From Catajapyx aquilonaris (taxonomy: Eukaryota): DNA of 64,000 bases. The stretch spans positions 1-64,000 of the forward strand of contig KZ538245.1 in NCBI GenBank assembly GCA_000934665.2, written 5' to 3'. How positions within the stretch are numbered: the stretch's first letter is position 1; every line of letters begins with the position of its first letter. Both the position numbers and the translations under genes were made by a program. Positions 40,801 to 52,139 of the stretch are shown one piece after another. The notes beneath the pieces are model-generated. The model had not been told where the DNA came from and searched no databases. It was given only the letters and a program-made list of their open reading frames with translations.

Positions 40801-42934
40801 GTTTCACCTGGTTAAAATTTTAGAGCCTTGGTTGCCACAGCAACAATTTGTTGTTGGCAGTGAGGATTTTCCTCGAATAATAATAATAATAATCGACATT
40901 TATAAGATGCGATGCGAATTCATGTTCGTTGTGGGTGTGATTCGAAATGGTTGTCCAGTTATTTCCTGAACGTGGCTTCAGCGAAGTGGAGAAGTTCATA
41001 ACGGCGAACACCCAAGAGTTGGCCAAGGACAAATGGTTGTGTCCTCTCTCCGGGAAGAAGTTCAAAGGTCCCGAGTATGTCCGGAAGCACATATTCAACA
41101 AGCATGGCGAGAAGGTCGAGGAGGTTAAGAAGGAGGTCAGTACATTTCCTCTGGTGTACGGATTTTAAGAACGCAAAAGGCTGAATAATGTCGTTTTTTT
41201 TTTTAAAAGGTGGAGTACTTCAACAACTATCTCCGTGATCCCAGACGACCCCAGTTGGCCGAACATCCAGGCAACAAGCAGCCAGCTAGAGGCGAAAGTG
41301 CGGCGGGGGAGCGGGCAGGGACAGGATTCGAAGCCACACAGTACCAGCAGCAGTGAGTACATGTAATGCTACGTGAAATTGCGATCGGGTAAATGTTTTT
41401 TTTTCATATCGATAGGTACAACTACGGGAATTACGGCGGAGGTGGACGGCACAGTGGCGGAGGGTACGGAGGAAGCGGCTACTCTGGGATGGGGTACGGA
41501 AGGGACCAGTACCAGAGGGATCCATATCGAGAGCAGTACGGTGGGAGGTCCAGAGGCGGAGGAGGATACAACCGGAACAGGTTGGTTATCTCCGCACGTT
41601 ATGTGGCTTCAATTTGAAATGGTTTACGAATTGCACGTTACTTGATAAAAGCGGACATTTGGTACTTTTTTTTTTTTGTAAAATCACGTAGTAATTGTGC
41701 ACATACTTTCTAGTAGCGTTGACGTTTAATTAATGGCGTAGGAACTTGGATTTCAGGCCCCCCTGTGGGGACAGCAGAGAAATAATCGCTTATCATGACC
41801 TGGACACCCCGGAGGACTTGGACATCTTCTGATTTTCTCTGGCTGGCTGGGCTCTCTGGCATTTTTTTTTTAAACAAAAAAATTGGGTGGGTAGCAATCA
41901 CTGTCGAAAGAAAGTTTTTGGCCAAACGTATCCTGGCTTTAACCACTGAAGAAACTTTTGGAAGAAAAAAAATCGAACATAGTTAGGATATGTTGGGCCG
42001 AAACATTTTTTTTTGACAAATCGTACTTGCATAGTTTTTTTTTTTTTTTTGTGTAATTATTTTAATGGTTGGAATGCATCGCAGAAACCAGGTTGTCGTA
42101 ATTTTTCTGCAGTTCGATTTGACGGATGTTCCCCGACGTGGATTGTTCCGCAGCCGTAAATCGAGATTGACGTATTATATAACGTGTGCGATGTGGCTCG
42201 TAACATCAATTCTTCGACATTTAGCGCATGACGGAATATTTTTAATGTAAGTTTGTATTGAGGACAGCTGCATGTGTCACGTTGACGGCAATTGGTGTTG
42301 AAGGTAGTGGTCGTAGAGTGATTGTTTGGCGCTGGTTGACGTTTGGTTTCTGCGTTGCAGCCTTCCCCCCGATAAGTGAGTGCCAACTGGCCAGCCAGCA
42401 TTAATCAGGGTTCGGTTCTCTTTTGTTTTCCAGAGGTGTATAATTGTACAGTCAGTACCGTACCGAATATGTATTGATTTTTCAGAGAGGGTGTTTGGTT
42501 AGCAATTAAAAGTGTCAACTCAATTGTGTTAGCATCTTGGATGTTTTTTTTAAAAAAACGTGGGATTGGACCTAACCCATAAATCTTTCAATTCCGAACC
42601 CTGATTAGTGTATGGCCACTTATTACGTACTAGAGCAGCCTTAGGCTAACGTATACATGTTAATGTAATTATTTGGAAGTGTAGGGCTGGTTACTTTTCC
42701 ATAATTTGCTTACATGCAACACCAACCGAAAAAAAGGCCCTTTACATTTTTAAAACAATGTATATATAAAAAAAGAGGATCCGTACCCTTGATGCTGATA
42801 CATTGCCCGTTAACCGTCTTTCTAATTACGATTTGTAAAGTACTTACAGGCTGCTTGCTTCTTACAGGATGGACTACAGGCCGATGGTGCAGTATCGAGA
42901 TTTGGATGCTCCCCGTGACACAGATGAATTCTAA
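34881..42934 (+). CDS. SRRT: Serrate RNA effector / Ars2; multi-exon, alternative last exons 41757-41832 and 42868-42934
   Basis: [142 protein letters not shown]. Confidence 0.96.
37065..37525. repeat. ~39-bp minisatellite in an Ars2 intron
   Basis: About 11 units of cttcaaacttttgtacgtaatctggaaaaattatttcg-like sequence with no unique spacers. Confidence 0.9.
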
Positions 42935-43337
42935 GAAAAGAATTCCGAGCGTAATGAAAGGACTTTATTTCTTTTTTTAAAATTAATTAATCGGAGCACC
43001 TCTTGTCACTAATTAGTGGCATCGCACCAGTATTGTTTTCAGTTTCCGACGGGATCTTCCCCTATACAGGTTTAGGCTGGAAGATTCACGGATTTTGGTT
43101 TTTTTTTTGATGGTGAGGTGGTTGGTTATTTTTAAAATAAATTTTTTTTCTTAACCTGTCATTCGCATCGAGTGTTATTAGCGTGTACGGTACTGATTAT
43201 TTTCTTCCGCTGGAAACTGTGACGGTTGATATTTTTTGTTTTTTCTGTAACAAAATGTAGTACCATTGTGTCTTTAGTAAAACGTCGCTCATGATTGGCC
43301 CCGTGTTAATCCCATAATTACCTGTGTGTTCATTCGG

Positions 43338-44170
43338 CTAGAGCTGAATTTCGGATTCGGACGGCCTGTGCCATCTCCTATCCTTCATTGGTGATGCATC
43401 CTCTCGAGAGTCATGCTTGTGTTGTGGTACGGCCAAAGGGCTACTTCCAGAACTCCTGTACTTAAGTCCTTGTTGCATAATCGAGGCCAGATAATCCATG
43501 AATTTCTTCCAAGCCGTACTGCCATCGTGGTTCATGCCGCGACTCAGCACAATTTCTATCGTCTCGAGTATTATATTAGTCGCATCCTGCAAACATCGGA
43601 TTGTGACTAGTGTACGACTGTTTTAAACCTTAAGTATACCTGAAAGGCTTGCGGGCCAACTTTCTTCTCGATGTGCTTCTGTCCGAGTAATATAAGTTCT
43701 TCGACAACCGCGTCTTCTGTGCGGTACGTGTACATTGCATCCATGTACAATTCGAGCTTGTCTATCATCCCTTTGCCATGTTTGGCCACGTCCGGGTGGC
43801 GAGCCAGTTGCGTGTAAGGCAGCGACTCGAGGCTAGGGAACTTCTTCTTGTACATCGGGTAGGCAGCGAACAACCTGCGAATTATGACACGTTGGCGATC
43901 AACATTTTGTCGGTACGAAAATGTTACTTACTGCATCATAATTGTTATTGCCAGGCTATCTTTTTCTTCTTGCGTAGTGAACAAGTACCAGGTTTGTTTG
44001 ACACTACTCATCTCGGAGGCTGTAGGTTTTACAGTTGATCTTTTACCCAAGGTTCCCTGTAATTGGTGTCAGTGAATCAATTGTTGATTACAGCTAATTA
44101 ATGCGCTTACTAATAGCGATGAGAAAACAAGGAGGCACAGGCCGCCTTTTACGATCGAAGAGTTTGCCAT
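43338..44170 (-). CDS. Globin with predicted N-terminal signal peptide; exons 44111-44170, 43932-44056, 43640-43874, 43338-43586
   Basis: MANSSIVKGGLCLLVFSSLL|GTLG..SVKQTW (A helix)..LFAAYPMYKKKF (CD1 Phe)..VAKHGKGM (E7 His)..LGQKHIEK (F8 His)..AWKKF (H helix). Introns sit at positions matching the canonical B12.2 and G7.0. Confidence 0.85.
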
Positions 44171-44563
44171 GACTAAAAGTGACAAGGCGAAAGAAATTTT
44201 CCAGAAGAACAATGGAGCTATAAATAATATTCCACTCATTGAATTCGGTCGTGTAACATTATCAATTTGAGCAATGCGAGGAGTTGTGGCAATTGGTACT
44301 TATCGCATTTGCAGGAGGCTATTCCCATATCGACTTACCCACACTGATTTATTGACTTTATTGACTTTTTCGTTTTGCGGCAATAAATCGTGCACACTGG
44401 TTCGCACTTGAAGGTTATTTACACCCGTACTCACCTGCAAGTCTCTCACTGTAACCATGCAATTCATGCGTCTAATATTCATTACTAGATTTGCAGCTCT
44501 TGTTTATTTTTGGACCAAATCGTGTACCGTGTATGGCACACACACCACACTTGGGTTCAAAAA

Positions 44564-47500
44564 ATGTTTGGACTTGCATCTTGTCTGTTGGCCGCACTTT
44601 TGATTCAAGTGATGGGGTCGACAAAAGTGACATTGACCTCTGCAGGTCACCTGGAGGACCTCATGTTTGACCTGGTTCAACATGTGTCAGCTGAGGACTG
44701 CTCGTTGGTCCTTGCATGGGACGGACCTGTTATGTCCGAGTCCCTCCAGAAGCTTCTGCGTGTCTCGGGTCAGGTCAGGTACCGACCTGTTGTGACCACC
44801 AGGATGACCTCGTTTGAATTCAACTGGCGTGACTACCCTGGTGTACGGTCGGACGACTGGTTGTACTCCTTCGACACCATGCCTCCAGAACTACGGTCCA
44901 ACCTGTGGCCAGGCCCGTGCTCCTTCAACTTACTGGCACCTAGTACTGGGTGAGTCATACTCTGCCAGTGGATAGATTGGACCAATAAGAATCGAAAATG
45001 TAGAGGCGTGAAATGTCGACAAACTAACCGTTAACGATGTACAGAGCATCAAAGACAGCACTGCCGTCAGATATGAGAAGACCGTAACTCATTATCCACT
45101 TCCCTTGCGGCGAGAAAAGACATCAAGTGTTACCGAGAGCATCCAAGAGGTGGCGTTGGGGGAAGGGGGAAAAAGGAACGGCATCCCAACTCCACCTGTT
45201 GGGTGCTTTTGGTACCACTGCTTTTTTTCTCGCCGCAAGGGGAAGTGGACATTGAGTTACGGTCTTCTCATATCTGACGGCAGTGCTGTCTTTGATGCTC
45301 TGTACATCGTTAACGGTTAGTTTGTCGACATTTCACGCCTCTACATTTTCGATTCGTATTGGTCCAATCTATCCACTGACTCACTCTGCAGATCCGTACG
45401 GCAACTCGTGGTACACTTGGCGTCCGCTGTCCGTACTGTGAATCTCCGTGACAAGTTCATGTTCTGGATGCCGCCGAAGACATCACCGACGTTCATGCTG
45501 GATCCGCCGTTGAATGGTATCCGGCTCAAACTGGCTGCCGTACCGGTACGCAACGCCGTACAGTTAAGCACCATCTGTTTCTACTGCAACAACGGTGAAC
45601 CTACGATACTCGATCTCGGACGACACCGGTCCAACATTGCACTTCAGACCAGTGCATCGTTGTACCCCGACAACTCCCGGAACTTCTACGGGAAGACCGT
45701 GTCCATATGCAACATCGTGGACGTCGATCTGTCCGGAGCACGACGTAACCTGGAAGCGGGCAACACCCACGCTCTGTCGATCCAACAACGGATGGTGACA
45801 ATGTACGAAGACTTCTTCAACTTCACAGCCACCATATACGTACCGGAGCTGTCCGAGAACATACTGGAGTCACGTCTACCCAACGGAAGCTGGAGCGGTT
45901 CGGTGGACACGATCCAGACTGGGAAGGCCGTCGGTGTGCTCATATCGTACATCACATCCGAGGCCATACCTTTCGTCGAGGTGCTGTACCCTCTGGTCCC
46001 ATCGTACCTGTCATTCGTCACCAGAAAGGCCAGGGATGTCATCAGGGTCACGGTGTTTCTGGCCCCGTTCACCGCAGTCACATGGGGCATGATCACCGTG
46101 GCCATCGTGGTATCGCTGCTCTTCATGTACGGCGTCGTCAATCGCAGGTGCGGTCCACCGACGACGACCCACCAGATGTCGCTCAGGAAGGCTCTTCAGG
46201 TACGGGCTTAATCCTATTCGCATCGTCAAAAGCGAGAGGAAAGTGGACCCGTTCCGGAACAGGCACACGTCCATGTAGATCCGTTCTGGAACCGATCCAC
46301 TACTTCCATAGAGCCGTTCTGGAACCGGCCCACTTCCATAGACCAGTAACAGGCCCAACTTCCATGCAGACCCGTTCCGGAACCGGCCCACTTCCACAGA
46401 CCCGCTCCGGAACCGGCACACGTCCATATAGATCCGTTCTGGAACCGATCCACTACTTCCATAGAGCCGTTCTGGAACCGGCCCACTTCCATAGACCAGT
46501 AACAGGCCCAAATTCCATGTAGACCCGTTCCGGAACCGGCCCACTTCCACAGACCCGCTCCGGAACCGGCACACGTCCATATAGATCCGTTCTGGAACCG
46601 GTCCACTTCCACAGACCCGCTCCGGAACCGGCACACGTCCATATAGATCCGTTCTGGAACCGGTCCACTCCCATAGACCTGTTCTGGAGCCGATCCACTA
46701 CTTCCACAGACCCGTTCTGGAACCGGCCCACTTCCATACGACCAGTTCCAGAACAGGCCCAACTTCCATAATTATATAGACCCGTTCTGGAATCGGTCCA
46801 CTTTTAAGGTTCCCCGAAGGAAGAAGAGAGTTACCGAGATAAATTATTATCATCAAATTTCGTGGTTTCATTGATGCCTTGGCATGGCAACCGGTTGCCG
46901 TGGAAAACCCGGTTGCCATGGTAACGGAGCTTATTGGGGGCGATAAGGAATAAGCAAGAGCGAACAAACAAATGTCGCTTTTTATCGTTTGTGTCATGGT
47001 AACCAAACATGGACAAACGACGAACCAAATGAACAAACATATTGTCTTTTTATAAAATGGCATGGCAACCGGTTGCCATGGAAAACCATATGGTAACGAA
47101 ACCTGGACAAGGAAGCAAGCGAACGAACAAACATTGCTTTTTTTTATCATTTATATGACATATGGCAACCGGTTGTCATGGTAATCGAACCTGGACAAGC
47201 AAGCAAGCAAGCAAACGAACAAACGAACAAACCGCTGCCTTTTTTCATATTTACATATGACATTGCAACCGGTTGCCATGGCCCATATGGTATAGTAGCC
47301 AAACATGGAAAAGGCGAACACACGAACGAACGAACACGTTGTCTTTTTTTTTATCACACATGGCATGGCAACAGGTTGCTTGTCCAGGTTTCGTTACCAT
47401 ATGGCAACCGGTTGCCATGGAAAAAACGAGTTGCAATGGTAACGATAACCTGAACAAGTAAAAGAGCAAGCGAACGAAAAACAACCAAACATTATTGCCT

Positions 47501-48752
47501 TTTTATAATACAAGTAAGGATAGAGATATTTTGAAGCCCATTATCTCGGTAACGATGCTTCGGAGAGGTCAAATGTCATATCTTTACTGACATGATGTGA
47601 CCCCTCCTGACCTATAACGAGTCCTCAGAAGTTGTGACCTGTACCCAGCACACTGTATATTATATATAACTTTCCCCTCAGGTTGTTCTTCGCGAATTTG
47701 TGGAGCAGTCGATGCCGTTGCCGGACATGGACGCCCTCCGATGCTTCTTCGTGTTCCTGGCCTTCTTCGCCGTCGTGGTCGTCTGCGGCTACAAGTCCAA
47801 GCTGGTCGCGTTCCTGACCTCCCCGGACAAGGAGGTGGTGCCCAAGACCTTCTCGGAGCTGGTCTCCTCGGGCTGGGACGTCGGGATGCCCTTCATCGAC
47901 TTCACAGCCATGCACATCATGTCCAAGTCCGTCCAGTCCGACATGAGCTCCTTCCTCACCAACACAGCCGAGAACGTCGGTACCATCCGGAAGTGCTTCA
48001 GAACCGTCCTGGACGACGACTTCGCCTGCGTGGCCTACGACTACTTCCTGGAGCTGGAGAGAAACAGCTTCATCACATCTGACGGCACATCCAAGGTCTG
48101 TCCAAGTCTGAAACATATAGAAAAACAAACCGGAAAATGACGTAAACGACCAGAAATCATTTTGTGACCCCTAGACACGCGCGGCAACCCACATTGCACG
48201 TGCAATGCGGGTTGCCGCGCGTGTCTAGGGGCACAAAATGATTTCTGGTCGTTTTCCGGGCACAGTCGCACAAACTTGGACGAATTTTGTGCCCCCTAGA
48301 CACGCGCGGCAACCCGCATTGCACGCGCAATGTGGGTTGCCGCGCGTGTCTTAGGGGCCACAAAATTACTTCTCGCTTGTTTTGACCTTCCTTTTCCGTC
48401 CAAGGTGTACTGGTCCAAGGCGTCCACGTACGATTTTTACATCACGTCGATGCAAGGTCGTGGTCAGGTGTTCGCAGTGGCGTACCAGGCCATGCACGTT
48501 CGGACCTTCGAGAGCGACGTGATCATGAAGGCCATCAGAGACGAGATGTGGGGGAAGTTCATCACGTCCTTGTTCCAACAGAGGAGACTCAAGCGGTACC
48601 GGTACTTCACTGGAGACGAGTACATACTCTCCATGTACAAGCTCTCGTCCGTCTTCATGCTCTGGGGTGTCGGTCTCTGGATGTCTCTTCTGGCTATTGG
48701 ATGCGAGGTTGTGACTGGCTGGCTCTGCTTGCCCACACTCTCGGAAGGTTGA
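44564..48752 (+). CDS. Divergent ionotropic receptor IR-C; introns 44950-45391, 46200-47681, 48096-48404
   Basis: Signal peptide; FDTMPPELRS shared with IR-A/B; LPNGSWSGSV, FLAPFTAVTW, REFVEQ, VVVCGYKSKLVAFLT and an M4 helix. Frames join across all three introns. Confidence 0.85.
44966..45378. mobile_element. 413-bp MITE with ~150-bp near-perfect TIRs occupying almost all of IR-C intron 1
   Basis: cagtggatagattggaccaata...ccttgcggcgagaaaa is mirrored by ttttctcgccgcaagg...tattggtccaatctatccactg. Confidence 0.9.
46245..46800. repeat. ~29-33-bp GC-rich minisatellite with higher-order periodicity (gttccggaaccggcccacttccatagaccc)
   Basis: Tandem array in IR-C intron 2; the source of the repetitive spurious ORFs here. 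Confidence 0.9.
46880..47500. repeat. Degenerate repeats built on the palindrome catggcaaccggttgccatg
   Basis: Motif recurs at about 46883, 47060, 47162, 47265 and 47401. Confidence 0.8.
48145..48370. repeat. Two near-perfect palindromes filling IR-C intron 3
   Basis: ttttgtg..ccctagacacgcgcggcaaccc.cattgcacg.gcaatg.gggttgccgcgcgtgtct.aggggc.cacaaaa occurs twice. Confidence 0.85.
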
Positions 48753-48894
48753 CTTGGGCAGAGAAACACCTACGACAAAATGTAGCATACAGGATAATAA
48801 AAACTGTTATCATATTAATATCTACTCGTGTACGACCTGCAGTACTTTCATTGACATCACCTAGAGCCAATCGGGAGTGAATTTAAGTAAAAAT

Positions 48895-49120
48895 GACAAC
48901 GGCTTGTAGAGCAAATTGGCAAAGCCCCAATAACGTTCGTTTCAATGCAAATTGGAAAAGCCACAATAATGTTCACTGCAAGTCAAATCGGCAAAGCCAT
49001 AATAACGTTAGTTTTAAGGCAAATTGACAACGCAGCCACATCAATCACGTTCAAGTCAAACTGACAACGCCACAATAACGTTCGTTGCAATGCAGGCAAA
49101 GCCACAATAACGTCGGTTGA
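48895..49120. repeat. Degenerate ~39-bp tandem repeat (aaagccacaataacgttcgtt core)
   Basis: About 6 units upstream of GPCR-1. Confidence 0.75.
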
Positions 49121-49513
49121 CCTGCGGCGCACAAGGTGGACAGCCCTGCACAATAAGCGGTCCTTCTTTCAATTAACTAAAATCATCACGCAATGAGACG
49201 TACCGTGCCTGGCATGGCCACATGACGGACAGTACTGGTGCGGTCACCCAAAGGTCATACAGATACCATCGCACATGGAGCGCGAAAATGTATTTCCGCC
49301 TTTCCTTTCCAATTTCGGCTGTGACATTATAACCCAACCAAACATTTTGCCAACGAGGACAATGGTATAAATCAACTGATTAGTCCAACAATGTGTTCAA
49401 TTGAAATGCCACTCATTAGACATGATGATGATGAGACACACCTTCGAACCAACTGCGTGCTGTGTCACAACAAAACAGTTCTGATTCGTACGTGCTACGT
49501 GGTCCTGTTGGGT

Positions 49514-51273
49514 ATGGACCCGCCGGTACAACCAAGCATCAACGAGTCCTTCTGCGCAAGGGACGACCACGAGACGTCTCGAGTGTGTCTGACAGAGGCA
49601 TGGGCACCCTCGTGTTGTTACCCGGATTACCCTCAGTACTTCAACATGATCGCCGGGTCATACTGGCTCCTCCTTTGCATTGTCGGCGGATTTGGCAACA
49701 TGATGGTCCTGGTGGCCATACCGTACGCCAGATGGAGATGCACCGACCCTCGAAGTCCCCTGAAGATAGAGCTGCACCACCGTGCTGCTCCTCAGTCTCA
49801 GCCTGGCCGATTGTCTCTACTCCTTCATCACCCTTGGAGGATCGGCCATCACCATGCTCAACAGGAAATGGGTTCTAGGAACCTCCCTATGCTACATCTT
49901 CGCCTTCACTAGCCACTTGCTAGGGGTAGCCTCGCCGTACTCGCTGGCAGCCGCTACAATGAGCAGGTAAAAGCCACAATAACGTTCGTTACAAAGCCAC
50001 AATAACGTTCGTTCCGCTCAAAAGAACGATGGAACTGTGGTGGCCATCAGGAGCCGAATGAATTGATCTTCGAGCCTTACAGCGGAATCCCATTTGCAAT
50101 CGGTGTCTGGCTAGTGGCCAGTACAGTGCCGATACTAATAGCCGTGAGTACATATTACAAGTACATTATGGAATCCGGACCTTTCGCCCCCGCCGTTTCG
50201 CCCCGGACTTTCAGTCCCGGAGTATTCGCCCCCGTGACACATTCTACCAGTTGAATGTGTCACGGGGGCGAATCCACCGGGGCGAAAGATCCGGATCCAG
50301 GCCGAATGCTTCACAGTATCCGGATTTCACCCCCGCCGTTTCCCGGCGGATTCGCCCCCGTGACGCATTCTATTAGTGGAATATGTCGCGGGGGCGAATA
50401 CGCCGGGGACTGAGAGTCCGGGAGCGAAACGGCGGGGGCGAAAGATCCGGATACTTTGAAGCATTCGGCTGCGAATTTCTAGAGAAGCTTGTGTGTAGCC
50501 TGGAAACGGCGGGGACGGACGCTACATTTTTTTGCACTAATCTGCTGGCATCACAGGTGCAGAATGGTTTTGGCTACAGTCGCATACAAGGTAACTGCCT
50601 CATAATCAACATGAACCAAGTGACAGCCGATGTCATCTACGGTATCGCAATTGGTCTGCCATGGATATCTGTGCTTGCATGTCTCGCCATGATCTGGATC
50701 AAGCTGAACCAGAACTGGACCAGGTTGAAGCAGTTTAAGTGAGTTTTGGCAGACACTCGAGGGCAAAGTGGCCATTTTGTTGACAACTGAAGCAGACACT
50801 CGGGGGCAAAGTGGCCCTTTTTTAACAATTGAAGCAATTTTGTTGGCCAGCACTTTCAGATGCTTCATACTAAAGTATATTGTGGTGTCCACTCATATAC
50901 AGAGACATAGGAAAGACAACTCTTCAGGAAGTAAAGGAGCGTGAGAAGAGGATGGCCATTCTTCTGGCCTTTTTGGGTGCTGCATACTCCAGCACCACAG
51001 CACCAGTGGTGGTCATCTACGTCTGCTGCACCGGTGGTCCTTGGGCCAAGCCATACATTTACTTCGCATTTTTCACCCTCTACTACTACGTTATCAATGT
51101 CTTCATTTACATCTACAGGTATTATTCCAGATGGATAGTTTTGCAGGAGGAAATTAATTAATTTCGTTCATTTGCGCAGGATAAACAGCTACAGAGAAGC
51201 GTTCGTATTGTTTTACCACGACATGTCCAATTGGGTTAATGAGAGGCTGAGGAATCTATTGGGCGTTAAATGA
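49514..51273 (+). pseudogene. Tre1/Moody-like rhodopsin-class GPCR paralog 1, with a 4-bp frameshift near 49766
   Basis: Same five-exon layout as paralogs 2 and 3. It has ctgaagATAGagctgcacc where paralog 2 has ctcaagagctgtacg, so the coding sequence jumps between ORFs 49391-49912 and 49782-49970. Confidence 0.7.
50170..50470. mobile_element. Inverted-repeat-rich dispersed element in GPCR-1 intron 2
   Basis: tccgga.ctttcgcccccgccgtttcg ... cgaaacggcgggggcgaaagatccgga; related to 21618-21710. Confidence 0.7.
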
Positions 51274-52139
51274 AGTACATTGACGCTGTTTATTTCCCTC
51301 TCATTAAACGTCAACACTTAATTAGAATGTGACAAAACTGACCCTGGCACTAATTACAGGTGTACCTACGATCCTACAAAACACAATCGCAATTAATGAG
51401 TATTGTCCCCATGCATCAGTTCATATACGCACATGTAGTGTGATTGCAGGTTATAGTGAATTAATAGGATAAACAAACTCAAAGGACAATATTTGATGGG
51501 ATCGACGCACGTCACTTTTCATTAACATGTCATCATCCAGTTTATCAGAAGAAGATGAAGCCTTCTGATGACGCCATTTGTCTCAAAGGTATTGTTTGTT
51601 TATTTTCTGGTTTATTTATTTATTATTTCTGCGATTATTTTCTTGTCATTATTCATATATATTTACTTGTTCATTTGCATACTTATCCGGCATAAATTAA
51701 TTCATTTGTTTGCTTGTTTATTGGCTTATTCATTTTATTTACTAGGAATCGTACTTATTCATTTGCTTATACTTGTTTGTCATTTTTAAATTTATTTTTT
51801 AATAATTATGTGCTTATTTGTTTACTTTATTTACTTTATTAAATAAAGGAAACAATACTCATGATCAAAATTAATGGCCAGGATGACAAATGGCTTAATT
51901 ATAAATAAATATCTCGCTTTTTCTAATAACTACTGTAAGCGTACAATAAGTACATGTGTGAGAGAGCGGGAGTATATCGAAGTAGCGCAGTGGTGCAGTG
52001 GTTAAGCCATTGTCTTCGTAACCTGGAGGTTGAAGGATCGAATCCGGAAAAAGACAGACATTTATTTCATTTTTATTGCTGTAACTCTCTCGCTCCCTTA
52101 CTTTACTTCGCATTTCTACATTTATTTCTCTCTGAAGTC

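Noticed and set aside
42112..42250. Possible third Ars2 terminal exon after ttttctgcag
   Set aside because: In the required phase it stops after three codons and lacks the DLD motif; not supportable.
46011..46762. Long repetitive ORFs on both strands
   Set aside because: Products of a GC-rich minisatellite inside IR-C intron 2.
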